64,000 bases of DNA, taken from NCBI GenBank assembly GCA_913052585.1, contig CAJXEB010000004.1, forward strand, positions 2,621-66,620, in the 5' to 3' direction. How positions within the stretch are numbered: position 1 is the first letter of the stretch; every line of letters begins with the position of its first letter. The notes under the pieces are model-generated. The model saw only the letters and a program-made list of their open reading frames with translations, ran no database searches and was not told where the DNA came from. The translations under genes were made by a program, and so were the position numbers. Below are positions 30,041 through 39,104 of the stretch, one piece after another. The stretch comes from an uncultured Flavobacteriaceae bacterium. Its GTDB lineage: Bacteria; Bacteroidota; Bacteroidia; Flavobacteriales; Flavobacteriaceae.

Positions 30041-31249
30041 TTACACTCGTTCTATAATCGCGGCATATCCTTGCCCAACACCAATACACATAGTAACTAA
30101 TGCATACCTTTTATTTTGCTCTTTTAGTTCTAAAGCTGCAGAATAAATGATTCTAGCTCCAGTTACCCCTAAAGGATGTCCGATAGCAATAGAACCTCCG
30201 TTTGGATTTAATCGAGAATCATTATCTGCTAATCCCCAAGCTCTAGTACAGGCTAAAGCTTGTGCTGCAAAAGCTTCATTTAATTCTATTACATCCATAT
30301 CGTCCATTGTTAATCCTGCTTTTTTTAATGCTTTGTTAGAAGCTTCTACAGGACCAATACCCATTATTCTAGGCTCAACACCAACGACTGCAGAACTAAC
30401 TATTCTTGCAATTGGTTTTAAATTATATTTTCTAACGGCTTCCTCTGAAGCGATAATAGTTACAGCAGCTCCATCATTTAATCCTGAAGAATTCCCAGCA
30501 GTTACACTTCCGCCTTCATTTTTAAAAGCAGGCCTAAGCTTCCCTAAAATTGCTAACGATGTTGTAGGCTTAACAAATTCGTCTTTGGAAAACTGAATTG
30601 AATCTTTTTTCCGTTGAAGAATTTTAACAGTAATTATTTCTTTTGCTAAACGCCCATTTTCTTGAGCCTTTGTTGCTTTCATTTGACTCCAATAAGAGAA
30701 CTTATCTTGATCTTCGCGAGATATATTATATTTCTCTACTAAGTTTTCAGCAGTATTTCCCATGCCGTCTACTCCATAAAGTTCTTTCATCCTTGGATTT
30801 ATAAAACGCCATCCAAAAGTTGAATCATACATTTTTGAATCACCACCAAATCCAGTTGAAGGTTTTGCAACCACATAGGGTCCACGAGTCATATTCTCTA
30901 CTCCTCCTGAAATAAACAAATCTCCATCTCCAGCTTTTATAGCTCTGTTTGCATGAATAATTGCCGATAAGCCCGAACTACAAAGTCTATTTACAGTTTC
31001 TCCTGGAACGGTAAAAGGCAATCCTGCTAATAAAGAAGACATACGAGCAACATTACGGTTGTCTTCACCTGCTTGGTTTGCACAACCCATAATCACATCA
31101 TCATAAGCTTCTTTTGGAATGTTTGGATTTCGTTTGACTATTTCAGCAATCACAAGAGCACCTAAATCATCGGTTCTAACCGCAGACAAGGTTCCTTTGT
31201 AAGTACCTATTGGTGTTCTTATTCCGTCTATTATGTATGCTTCTTTCAT
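30041..31249 (-). CDS. paaJ: 3-oxoadipyl-CoA/3-oxo-5,6-dehydrosuberyl-CoA thiolase (PaaJ/PcaF)
   Basis: GCANQAGEDNRNVARM, NRLCSSG, NEAFA, GHPLG, MCIGVGQG; ATG at 31249 overlaps the paaI stop (TAATG). Confidence 0.93.
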   Translation of the reverse strand: MKEAYIIDGIRTPIGTYKGTLSAVRTDDLGALVIAEIVKRNPNIPKEAYDDVIMGCANQAGEDNRNVARMSSLLAGLPFTVPGETVNRLCSSGLSAIIHANRAIKAGDGDLFISGGVENMTRGPYVVAKPSTGFGGDSKMYDSTFGWRFINPRMKELYGVDGMGNTAENLVEKYNISREDQDKFSYWSQMKATKAQENGRLAKEIITVKILQRKKDSIQFSKDEFVKPTTSLAILGKLRPAFKNEGGSVTAGNSSGLNDGAAVTIIASEEAVRKYNLKPIARIVSSAVVGVEPRIMGIGPVEASNKALKKAGLTMDDMDVIELNEAFAAQALACTRAWGLADNDSRLNPNGGSIAIGHPLGVTGARIIYSAALELKEQNKRYALVTMCIGVGQGYAAIIERV

Positions 31250-31656
31250 TATTCTTCCCAATCTTTTGTTGTTCTATAAACCACTCCTTTAAAAAGTGCT
31301 ACTAATTCGTTTCCTCGTTTTACTTCAACTATATTAAATCCGATTTTAGTTTTCTGAAGATCCAATGTGGCTTCAGCTGTAATATAGTCCCCTAATTCTA
31401 GGGCTTCTATATGATTTATGGATGTTTCAATAGAAACCGCATATTTTCCATGAGTATTTGCTGTAAATCCAAAAGCGGTATCTGCTAAAGCATAGGTTAT
31501 AGCTCCGTGAGCTTTATCCATACTATTCAACATTTCTTTACGAATTGTCATTCCTAACTTACACCTTCCAATCTCACTTTCTAATATTTTGATACCTAAC
31601 GATTGGCCATAAGCATCTTGATGTAACATCTTTTCAGGTATTAGTTCTCCTTTCAT
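31249..31656 (-). CDS. paaI: PaaI hot-dog thioesterase
   Basis: MLN....HG.I...LADTAF....N, VALFKG.VYR. Confidence 0.88.
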   Translation of the reverse strand: MKGELIPEKMLHQDAYGQSLGIKILESEIGRCKLGMTIRKEMLNSMDKAHGAITYALADTAFGFTANTHGKYAVSIETSINHIEALELGDYITAEATLDLQKTKIGFNIVEVKRGNELVALFKGVVYRTTKDWEE

Positions 31657-32825
31657 TAAAAGAAATTTTTATTTTCTCGATTCATTTTTCGAAGCAATGG
31701 AGAACAACGATACCTATCTTCATGATATTCGTTGTATAAATTATCCATAGCCTTCACACACCAATCTATTCCCTTTTCATCTGCCCAAGTCAATAATCCT
31801 TTTGGATAGTTTACTCCTTTAGTCATTGCAGTATCTATATCTTCTGCTGAAGCAATGTTCCAAAATAAAGCATCTGCAGCTTCATTAATTAACATCACTA
31901 ATATTCTTTCAAATATTTGTTGAGACAACTCACTATTATGAGATTTTTTGCTTTCATTCGAGATGACAGACCTGCCGTTTTCATCATATTCATAGTAACC
32001 AATTCCAGATTTACGTCCTAAGTAACCAGCTTCTAAAAAACGCTTTTGTGTAAATGAGGGTTTGTATCTTGAATCGAAATAGAAAGCATTAAATACCGTT
32101 TCTGTCACGGTATAGTTTATGTCATTACCTATAAAATCCATTAACTCAAATGGGCCCATACGGAAACCACCTAATGTTTTTAAACTATGGTCTATTGTTG
32201 AAAAATCTGCGATACCTTCTTCGTAGATTCGTAATGCTTCACCGTAAAATGGCCTTGCAACTCTATTGACAATAAAACCAGGAGTGTCCTTAGCAAGTGC
32301 TACTGTTTTATTCCAACTTGATATTATATCTATTGATTTTTCAAGCACTTCATATGATGTTTGAATGGCTGGAATAACCTCAACTAACTTCATTAAAGGA
32401 GCTGGATTAAAAAAGTGAATTCCTACACAACGTTCTGGTTTTTTTAATGAGGCAGCTATAGATGCTATTGATAAACTTGAGGTATTTGACGCTATGATAC
32501 ATTCTTTTGAAACATAACTTTCCAACTCAGAAAACACTTTTTTCTTAATATCAAGATTTTCTATAATCGCTTCAATAGTTAAATTAGAATCACTTAATTC
32601 TTTTAAAGAATCAACATAATTAATATTTTTCTGAATTCGGATTTTCTCATTATTATCGATACGGCCTTTTTCAATTAGACGATTTAATATTTTTTCAAGT
32701 GAAGCTTTGGCTTTATCTAAAGCCATTTGATTGGTATCGTATAAATTCACTACACAACCTGCAGTGGCGGCTACTTGCGCTATACCACTTCCCATTGTTC
32801 CACTTCCTATAATTCCAACTGTCAT
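31656..32825 (-). CDS. paaH: 3-hydroxyacyl(adipyl)-CoA dehydrogenase
   Basis: GSGTMGSGIA, EAI.E, ASNTSSLSI, GIHFFNP, DTPGFIVNR, MGPFEL.D, GVNYPKG. Confidence 0.9.
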   Translation of the reverse strand: MTVGIIGSGTMGSGIAQVAATAGCVVNLYDTNQMALDKAKASLEKILNRLIEKGRIDNNEKIRIQKNINYVDSLKELSDSNLTIEAIIENLDIKKKVFSELESYVSKECIIASNTSSLSIASIAASLKKPERCVGIHFFNPAPLMKLVEVIPAIQTSYEVLEKSIDIISSWNKTVALAKDTPGFIVNRVARPFYGEALRIYEEGIADFSTIDHSLKTLGGFRMGPFELMDFIGNDINYTVTETVFNAFYFDSRYKPSFTQKRFLEAGYLGRKSGIGYYEYDENGRSVISNESKKSHNSELSQQIFERILVMLINEAADALFWNIASAEDIDTAMTKGVNYPKGLLTWADEKGIDWCVKAMDNLYNEYHEDRYRCSPLLRKMNRENKNFF

Positions 32826-32834
32826 ACTATATAT

Positions 32835-33770
32835 TTAAAACGGTAGATGATTTAAATCTACATTTCCACCAGAAATTATAATCCCGATGTTTTTATTTTT
32901 AAAATCTTTTTTTTCTTTTAATAAAGCTGCAAAAGGAACTGCACTTGAAGGCTCCACAACAATTTTCATTCGTTCCCAAATCAATTTCATTGCATCGACT
33001 ATTTCCTCTTCACTAACTCTTATAATTGTTTTTACATTTTTTAATATGATCGGAAAATTTCGATCTCCTAAAAATGTTCTTAACCCATCTGCAATGGTAT
33101 TCGAATTATCATTAAATTCTATTTTTCCACTTTTTAAAGAGCGATATGCATCATCCACATTTAAAGGTTCCGCTCCTATTACTTCACATTTATCTGAAAA
33201 ATATTTAGCGGATAATACAGTTCCTGCCAATAATCCTCCTCCTCCAACTGGAGTTAGAATAACATCTAAATCGGGATAATCTTCTAATAATTCTTTCGCA
33301 GAAGTTCCTTGACCCAAAATCACTTGATCGTCATTTGAAGGGTGAATAAAGGTGGCATTCTTTTCTATTCTAATTCTCTCTGCAGCTTCTTCTCGAGCTT
33401 TTAAATTAGACTCACATTCTATTATTTCACCTTTATAATTTTTAACAGCATCTTTCTTCACTTGTGGTGCATTTTTAGGCATCACGATATATGCTTTAAC
33501 GTTCATTTTATTTGAAGCTAATGATAAAGCTTGGGCAAAATTACCTGAAGAATGTGTCACCACTCCACATTTACGCTGTTCCTCTGAAAGACTTAAAATT
33601 GCATTTGCTGCACCTCTCATTTTAAATGCTCCCATTTTCTGAAAATTTTCGCATTTAAAAAACACCTTACAACCAGTTATTTCATTGATCAACTCAGAAG
33701 TAAGTACAGGTGTACGGTGAATGTATGGTTTCACTTTATCATGTACGTGGATCAAAGTTTCTTTATTCAT
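32835..33770 (-). CDS. Serine/threonine dehydratase / serine racemase family PLP enzyme, no regulatory domain
   Basis: FKCENFQKMGAFKMRGA, SSGNFAQ, PVGGGGL, EPSSA, ISGGN. Confidence 0.88.
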   Translation of the reverse strand: MNKETLIHVHDKVKPYIHRTPVLTSELINEITGCKVFFKCENFQKMGAFKMRGAANAILSLSEEQRKCGVVTHSSGNFAQALSLASNKMNVKAYIVMPKNAPQVKKDAVKNYKGEIIECESNLKAREEAAERIRIEKNATFIHPSNDDQVILGQGTSAKELLEDYPDLDVILTPVGGGGLLAGTVLSAKYFSDKCEVIGAEPLNVDDAYRSLKSGKIEFNDNSNTIADGLRTFLGDRNFPIILKNVKTIIRVSEEEIVDAMKLIWERMKIVVEPSSAVPFAALLKEKKDFKNKNIGIIISGGNVDLNHLPF

Positions 33771-34552
33771 TATTTTCCTTTGAAAATTGGTTTTCTCTTT
33801 TCCATAAAAGCATTAACTCCTTCTGAATAATCTTCAGATTGAGCAGCTTCAATTTGTAATTTTCCTTCTAACTCTAATTGCTCTTCTAGGGTATTTGTAA
33901 TTGATTTATTTAATAACTCTTTAATAAAACCTAGAGCTTTGGTTGGCATATTAGCTAATTTAATCGCTAGTTTTTCGACCTCTTCATTAAAATTTTCAGA
34001 TGAAATTACTTTAAATATCATTCCTAATTCTTCAGCTTCTTCAGCAGTTACTTTATCTCCTAACATCATTAAAGCGGTCGCTTTTTGAAACCCAATCAAT
34101 CTTGGCAAGAAGAATGTCCCACCGCTATCTGGCACCAATCCAATTTTACTAAAAGCTTGGATAAAACTAGCTTTATCTGATGCTACAACCAAATCACAAG
34201 CCAAAGCAATATTCGCTCCTGCTCCTGCTGCTACACCATTTACAGCACCTATAATTGGTTTATTAATAGATCTAATTCTAGTGATAATAGGATTGTAATG
34301 TTCTTCTAATATTTTTTTAAATCCTGGATTTAGTTCTGGACTAGTGACTTCCTTTAAATCTTGACCTGCACAAAATGCTTTTCCGTTTCCAGTAATCACA
34401 ATAGATCGTACGCCATTATTATGCTCACATTCATCTAACACACTTTGAAGTGACAATGCCATTTCTCGGTTGAAACTATTGAATACCTCTGGGCGATTAA
34501 AATTAATGAATGCGACTTGGTTTTTTATATTTAATTGTATTGATTTATTCAT
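33770..34552 (-). CDS. paaG: 1,2-epoxyphenylacetyl-CoA isomerase
   Basis: AFCAGQDL, YNPII, VNGVAAGAGANIALACD, IGLVPDSGGT. Confidence 0.92.
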   Translation of the reverse strand: MNKSIQLNIKNQVAFINFNRPEVFNSFNREMALSLQSVLDECEHNNGVRSIVITGNGKAFCAGQDLKEVTSPELNPGFKKILEEHYNPIITRIRSINKPIIGAVNGVAAGAGANIALACDLVVASDKASFIQAFSKIGLVPDSGGTFFLPRLIGFQKATALMMLGDKVTAEEAEELGMIFKVISSENFNEEVEKLAIKLANMPTKALGFIKELLNKSITNTLEEQLELEGKLQIEAAQSEDYSEGVNAFMEKRKPIFKGK

Positions 34553-34565
34553 ATTTTCAATTATT

Positions 34566-34634
34566 TGTCATTGCGAGAAATGAAATTCTGCGGCAATCTT
34601 TTGAGAGATTCTTCGTCTTTGGCTCTCAATGACA
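34566..34634. repeat. TGTCAT...ATGACA REP-like palindromic element between paaD and paaG
   Basis: TGTCATTGCGAG...GCAATCT-tttgag-AGATTCTTCGTC...CTCTCAATGACA. Confidence 0.75.
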
Positions 34635-34638
34635 TTTA

Positions 34639-35136
34639 TTATAAACATTTAAAATAATCAAATGGTTCTTGGCAATCTTCACACTTAAATAAAGCTTTGC
34701 AGGCAGTTGATCCAAATTGACTTACTAATGCTGTGTTTTGTGAATGACAATTGGTGCACTTAACGATTCGTTTTCCATTTAACAATACATCTTTATCGGC
34801 ATCAGCGTCTAAAGGTGGAGCTATTCCGTAATCTTCTAATGCTTTTCTTCCTCTTGGCGTAATCCAATCGGTTGTCCAAGCTGGGTGAAGGATTAAATCT
34901 ATTTTTGAATCATATCCAGCATCTTTTAACGCTTTTTCAATATCGTCTCCAATCACATCCATCGCAGGACAGCCGCTATAGGTTGGTGTTATTTCAACCT
35001 CAACTAAATCATTTATAATTAACGCAGAACGCACCACTCCCATATCCATAATAGACAACACCGGAATTTCTGGGTCAGAAACTTCTTCTAGTATTGGAAT
35101 TAAAATTGGGTCGATATGTAGTTCTGTTTCAACCAC
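34639..35136 (-). CDS. paaD: Phenylacetyl-CoA epoxidase subunit D
   Basis: DPEIPVLS..D.G.VR, TPTYSGCPA, PAWTTDWI, C..C..FGSTACKAL..C..C.EPFDYFK; likely GTG at 35136. Confidence 0.95.
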   Translation of the reverse strand: MVETELHIDPILIPILEEVSDPEIPVLSIMDMGVVRSALIINDLVEVEITPTYSGCPAMDVIGDDIEKALKDAGYDSKIDLILHPAWTTDWITPRGRKALEDYGIAPPLDADADKDVLLNGKRIVKCTNCHSQNTALVSQFGSTACKALFKCEDCQEPFDYFKCL

Positions 35137-35137
35137 C

Positions 35138-35890
35138 TTACCATTCCATATTCGGATAAGCACGTTGCATGTATTGCAAATCACTTAATAAATAGCCTAA
35201 ATGTTCTGTATGAATTCCTTCTTTACCTCCTTTTTGAAACCATTTAGATTCAGGAGTCTTGAGTGTTGCTTCTTCTAAAAGATCCTTAACACATTTGTAA
35301 TAATCACCTTTAAGCTTTGTGACATCTACTCCTATACTCTCTAAAACCATAGCTTTATCAGCTTTCGTTTGATGAAATAATTCATCAGTATATGTCCATA
35401 AGTCATTGATAGCTTCTTGCATTTTCTCTTTGCTTTCTGGTGTACCGTCACCCAATCGCTTCACCCAATCAGATGAAAATCGTTTGTGATAACTCACCTC
35501 TTTTATGCATTTATTAGCAATAGCAGATAGGGTTAAGTCTGTACTTTTTTGTAGCTCAGCCAAAAACGCCAAATGATAAACATCAAATAAAAACTGACGC
35601 CCAATAGTATATGCAAAATTTGAATTTGGTTGCTCTACTAATAATACATTTTTATAGTCACGCTCTTTACGAAGCATTGCTATATCATCTTCGGTTCTTT
35701 CATCTCCTGCAATTTTCGCAGCATACTGAAAATAGCTACGTACTTGTCCGAATAAATCCAATGAAATATTAGTACAAGCGATATCTGTTTCCAAACTTGG
35801 TCCGTGACCACAGAGCTCTCCTATACGTTGTCCTAGAATTAGACTGTTATCTGCGATACCAAGAATATAGTTATATAAATTCTCTTTCAT
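35138..35890 (-). CDS. paaC: Phenylacetyl-CoA epoxidase subunit C
   Basis: D..LILGQR..E.CGHGP.LE.D.A..N..LD, KEV.YH, RLGDGT.ES, HTEHLG.LL. Confidence 0.96.
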   Translation of the reverse strand: MKENLYNYILGIADNSLILGQRIGELCGHGPSLETDIACTNISLDLFGQVRSYFQYAAKIAGDERTEDDIAMLRKERDYKNVLLVEQPNSNFAYTIGRQFLFDVYHLAFLAELQKSTDLTLSAIANKCIKEVSYHKRFSSDWVKRLGDGTPESKEKMQEAINDLWTYTDELFHQTKADKAMVLESIGVDVTKLKGDYYKCVKDLLEEATLKTPESKWFQKGGKEGIHTEHLGYLLSDLQYMQRAYPNMEW

Positions 35891-36177
35891 TACATATGTT
35901 TTACTTCGTCTGGTAGATCGTAAAAAGTTGGATGGCGGTATACTTTATCATGAGCAGGCTCAAATAATTCACCATTATTCTTAGGGTTTGAAGCCGTTAT
36001 ATGTTTAGATTCTGTAACCCAAATACTTACACCTTCATTCCGCCTGGTATAAACATCACGCGCATTCTCTAGAGCCATTTCTGCATCTGCAGCATGAAGA
36101 CTACCAAAATGACGATGTTCTAATCCGTTTTTAGTTCTTACAAAAATTTCCCAAAGTGGCCAGTTTTTTTTTGACAT
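35890..36177 (-). CDS. paaB: Phenylacetyl-CoA epoxidase subunit B
   Basis: WPLWEIFVR, GSLHAADAEMAL.NARDVYTRRNEGVSIWV, KVYRHPTFY. Confidence 0.97.
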   Translation of the reverse strand: MSKKNWPLWEIFVRTKNGLEHRHFGSLHAADAEMALENARDVYTRRNEGVSIWVTESKHITASNPKNNGELFEPAHDKVYRHPTFYDLPDEVKHM

Positions 36178-36189
36178 GACTATCTGTTT

Positions 36190-37146
36190 TTATACTACTT
36201 GTTTTTGTTTTCTTTCTTGTTTTTTTTCGGCGTGAGCCATAGCCGCATCACGAACCCATTCGCCTTCTTCCCAGGCTCCAACTCGAGCTTTCATGCGCTC
36301 TTTATTACAAGGCCCATGACCTTTTACTACTTGCCAAAACTCTTCCCAATCAATTTCACCATAGTCATAACTACCACGTTCATCATTCCATTTTAAATCT
36401 GGATCAGGAATTGTTAGTCCAATCAATTCTGCCTGAGGAACTGTTTGATCTATAAATTGCTGACGTAAGTCATCATTAGATTTACGTTTTAATTTCCATT
36501 TCATAGATTGTTCTGTATGAATAGATTCTGCATCAGCTGGACCTAACATCATAAGACTTGGCCACCACCAGCGGTTTAGCGCATCTTGAGCTAAATCTTT
36601 TTGCTCAAGTGTTCCATTTGCCAACTTTATCATAATTTCATATCCTTGGCGTTGGTGAAAACTTTCTTCCTTACAAACACGAACCATTGCTCTTGCATAA
36701 GGACCGTAAGATGTGTTACAGAGGGGAACTTGATTAATGATAGCAGCACCATCTACCAACCACCCTATTGCACCCATATCTGCCCAAGTTACCGTTGGAT
36801 AATTGAAGATACTAGAATATTTTGCTTTACCCGAATGAAGTTGTTCGTATAATTCTTCTCGAGAAATCCCTAGGGTTTCCGTTGCAGAATACAAATACAA
36901 ACCATGACCAGCTTCATCTTGAACTTTTGCCAACAATGCTACTTTTCTTCTTAAAGAAGGAGCTCTGGTAATCCAATTTCCTTCAGGTAGCATCCCTATA
37001 ATTTCGGAATGCGCATGTTGAGACATTTGCCTAATATGCGTTTTACGATACTTTTCTGGCATCCAATCTTTAGGCTCGATTTTTTCATCACGAGAAATTC
37101 GTGCTTCAAATTGAGTCTCTAAATTTTTTATTTGTTCTTCACTCAT
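36190..37146 (-). CDS. paaA: Phenylacetyl-CoA epoxidase catalytic subunit A
   Basis: [52 protein letters not shown]. Confidence 0.98.
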   Translation of the reverse strand: MSEEQIKNLETQFEARISRDEKIEPKDWMPEKYRKTHIRQMSQHAHSEIIGMLPEGNWITRAPSLRRKVALLAKVQDEAGHGLYLYSATETLGISREELYEQLHSGKAKYSSIFNYPTVTWADMGAIGWLVDGAAIINQVPLCNTSYGPYARAMVRVCKEESFHQRQGYEIMIKLANGTLEQKDLAQDALNRWWWPSLMMLGPADAESIHTEQSMKWKLKRKSNDDLRQQFIDQTVPQAELIGLTIPDPDLKWNDERGSYDYGEIDWEEFWQVVKGHGPCNKERMKARVGAWEEGEWVRDAAMAHAEKKQERKQKQVV

Positions 37147-37234
37147 TGTTCTAATCTTTTAGCTATTGGCTATTTGCTTTTAGCAAGTTGAACTTCCATT
37201 TTTGTTTTTCAATATAAATATATTGGACCTGATG

Positions 37235-38305
37235 CTACACATCAAAATCTACTATTACTTTTTTGGTTACTGGAACAGCTTGACAACTTAATACGAATTG
37301 TTGCGCAACTTCCTTTTCATCTAAAGCATAATTTACTTTCATTATCACCTCTCCCTCAACTACTCGACATTTACAGGTACTACAAACTCCACCTTTACAA
37401 GCGAATGGTAAATCTGCGCCTGCGCCTAAGGCAGCATCCAGGATACTACCATCTCCTTTGGGCATACCAAAGTGAAATTCTTTGCCTCCATCTATAATGG
37501 TAATCTCAAAATTATCTTTTTCTGAAATTTCAGTTGCTTTAGTTTTCTTGATATTTTCTTTTGAAAGACCTGTTACAAACAACTCGAAATGAATGTTTTC
37601 TGAAGGCATTCCAGCTTTTATCAATTCATCTTTTACTAAAAAAATCATTTCTTCAGGACCACAAAGAAAACATTCATCTAAACTTGAAACATCTACTAAT
37701 TTATTAAAGATTATTTCTAATTTTTCTGTAGTAAACCTCCCATTAAACAATTCGACATCTCTGTGTTCTTTAGTTAAAAAATAAAACAGTTCAATCCTTC
37801 CAAAATACTGGTTTCTAAGTTGTTCTATTTCTTCTTTAAAGATAATAGATTTAACAGTACGGTTCAAATAAAATAATTTAAAAGTACTATTTGGCTCCAT
37901 TTCTAAATGAGTTTTCAGCATCGAAAGTATTGGTGTAATACCACTACCTGCTGTAAAAACAATATAGTTTTTTGGTGTTTCAGAAATTGCAGTTCCAAAT
38001 CTACCCATTGGCTTCATAACTTGTAAAACATCCCCTTTTTTTAAGGTCTCGTTTACAAAAGTCGAAAATTTTCCTTCTGGTATTTGCTTAACTGCTACTT
38101 TCCATTCATTATCCAAAGGACTAGAACATAAACTATATGAACGCCTAATATCTTCATCGTTTACAGTTTCTCTTAAGGTTAAATATTGACCTGGTTTAAA
38201 CTTAAATACATTTTTTAAATCCTCAGGTATATTAAATGCTACCACCGAACAATCATCGGTGTCTTTATAGATATCTTTTACTTCAATGGGGTGAAATTTC
38301 GCCAC
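37235..38305 (-). CDS. paaE: Phenylacetyl-CoA epoxidase reductase subunit E (FAD/NAD + 2Fe-2S)
   Basis: RRSYSLCS, GSGITP, CGPEEM, CKGGVCSTC...LSCQ; likely GTG at 38305. Confidence 0.93.
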   Translation of the reverse strand: MAKFHPIEVKDIYKDTDDCSVVAFNIPEDLKNVFKFKPGQYLTLRETVNDEDIRRSYSLCSSPLDNEWKVAVKQIPEGKFSTFVNETLKKGDVLQVMKPMGRFGTAISETPKNYIVFTAGSGITPILSMLKTHLEMEPNSTFKLFYLNRTVKSIIFKEEIEQLRNQYFGRIELFYFLTKEHRDVELFNGRFTTEKLEIIFNKLVDVSSLDECFLCGPEEMIFLVKDELIKAGMPSENIHFELFVTGLSKENIKKTKATEISEKDNFEITIIDGGKEFHFGMPKGDGSILDAALGAGADLPFACKGGVCSTCKCRVVEGEVIMKVNYALDEKEVAQQFVLSCQAVPVTKKVIVDFDV

Positions 38306-38324
38306 AATTATAATATTTAATTTC

Positions 38325-38342
38325 AACTAACAACTGTTAGTT
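38325..38342. promoter_or_regulatory. Candidate TetR operator
   Basis: Perfect AACTAACA-ac-TGTTAGTT between the -7 element and the paaE start. Confidence 0.7.
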
Positions 38343-38349
38343 TACGTTA

Positions 38350-38357
38350 CAAAGATA
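38350..38357 (-). promoter_or_regulatory. -7 promoter element of the paa operon
   Basis: Minus-strand TATCTTTG matches TAnnTTTG; overlaps a 22-bp palindrome at 38353-38374. Confidence 0.65.
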
Positions 38358-38372
38358 GCAAATATTTGCTAT

Positions 38373-38942
38373 CTATTTGTTAATTCCTTTTAACAGTATC
38401 TCACTTAGGTTAGAAGCCAAAAGTGCTGGCTCCATATCTTCTTTTTGAGGAATCCAAATATATAAAGAACGTAATGTCGATAATATAGAGAACAACATAA
38501 TATCTGGATTTAAATTTTTAATTTCATTATTATTTATACCTTCTTTAATAATATCACGAAACGTATTTTCATATTCTACACGCAATACTAAATAATGATC
38601 TAATTGATCTTTTAAATGCATCCAATCATTATTCAAAGACGCCATACCGTTGGTGTTTCTACTTGTAATGTCTACGTGTAACGATATAATTTGCTTTAAT
38701 TTTTCTTCACAAGTTGCTTTACTATCTTTTACCTTGTCCAGCCCTTCAATAAACTCTTCTGCTAATGATATGATTATAAACGTAAGAATTTCTTCTTTGT
38801 TTTTTATATGATTATAAAGGCTAGCAGCTTTTATTCCCATTGCTTTTGCGATATCTCGCATCGTAACAGCACTATATCCTTTTTCTTTAAAAAGGGTAGA
38901 GGCTACTGAAATAATTTCTAGTTTTCTGGGAGATGGGCTCAT
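38373..38942 (-). CDS. TetR/AcrR family regulator (PaaR-like by context)
   Basis: LFKEKGY..VTMRDIA...GIKAASLYNH..NKEEIL helix-turn-helix. Confidence 0.92.
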   Translation of the reverse strand: MSPSPRKLEIISVASTLFKEKGYSAVTMRDIAKAMGIKAASLYNHIKNKEEILTFIIISLAEEFIEGLDKVKDSKATCEEKLKQIISLHVDITSRNTNGMASLNNDWMHLKDQLDHYLVLRVEYENTFRDIIKEGINNNEIKNLNPDIMLFSILSTLRSLYIWIPQKEDMEPALLASNLSEILLKGINK

Positions 38943-39104
38943 GTGTCAATAATATTTTATAAATCGGTCACATGCTGTTCGCTAATAATAATTCCTTTGA
39001 GTGTAAAACTTTTATATGCTCGTTTCATAGAAAAGGCAAGTTATCATTTCTTTTTTTATTTCCAATTCTGAAATTATAATTAATAATATTCTATTTTTGG
39101 CCTT

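Noticed and set aside
30147-30596. 149-aa antisense ORF, and similar shadow ORFs at 25000, 32887, 13768 and 63225
   Set aside because: They lie opposite well-conserved genes and show no family motifs; this is typical antisense open-frame bias.
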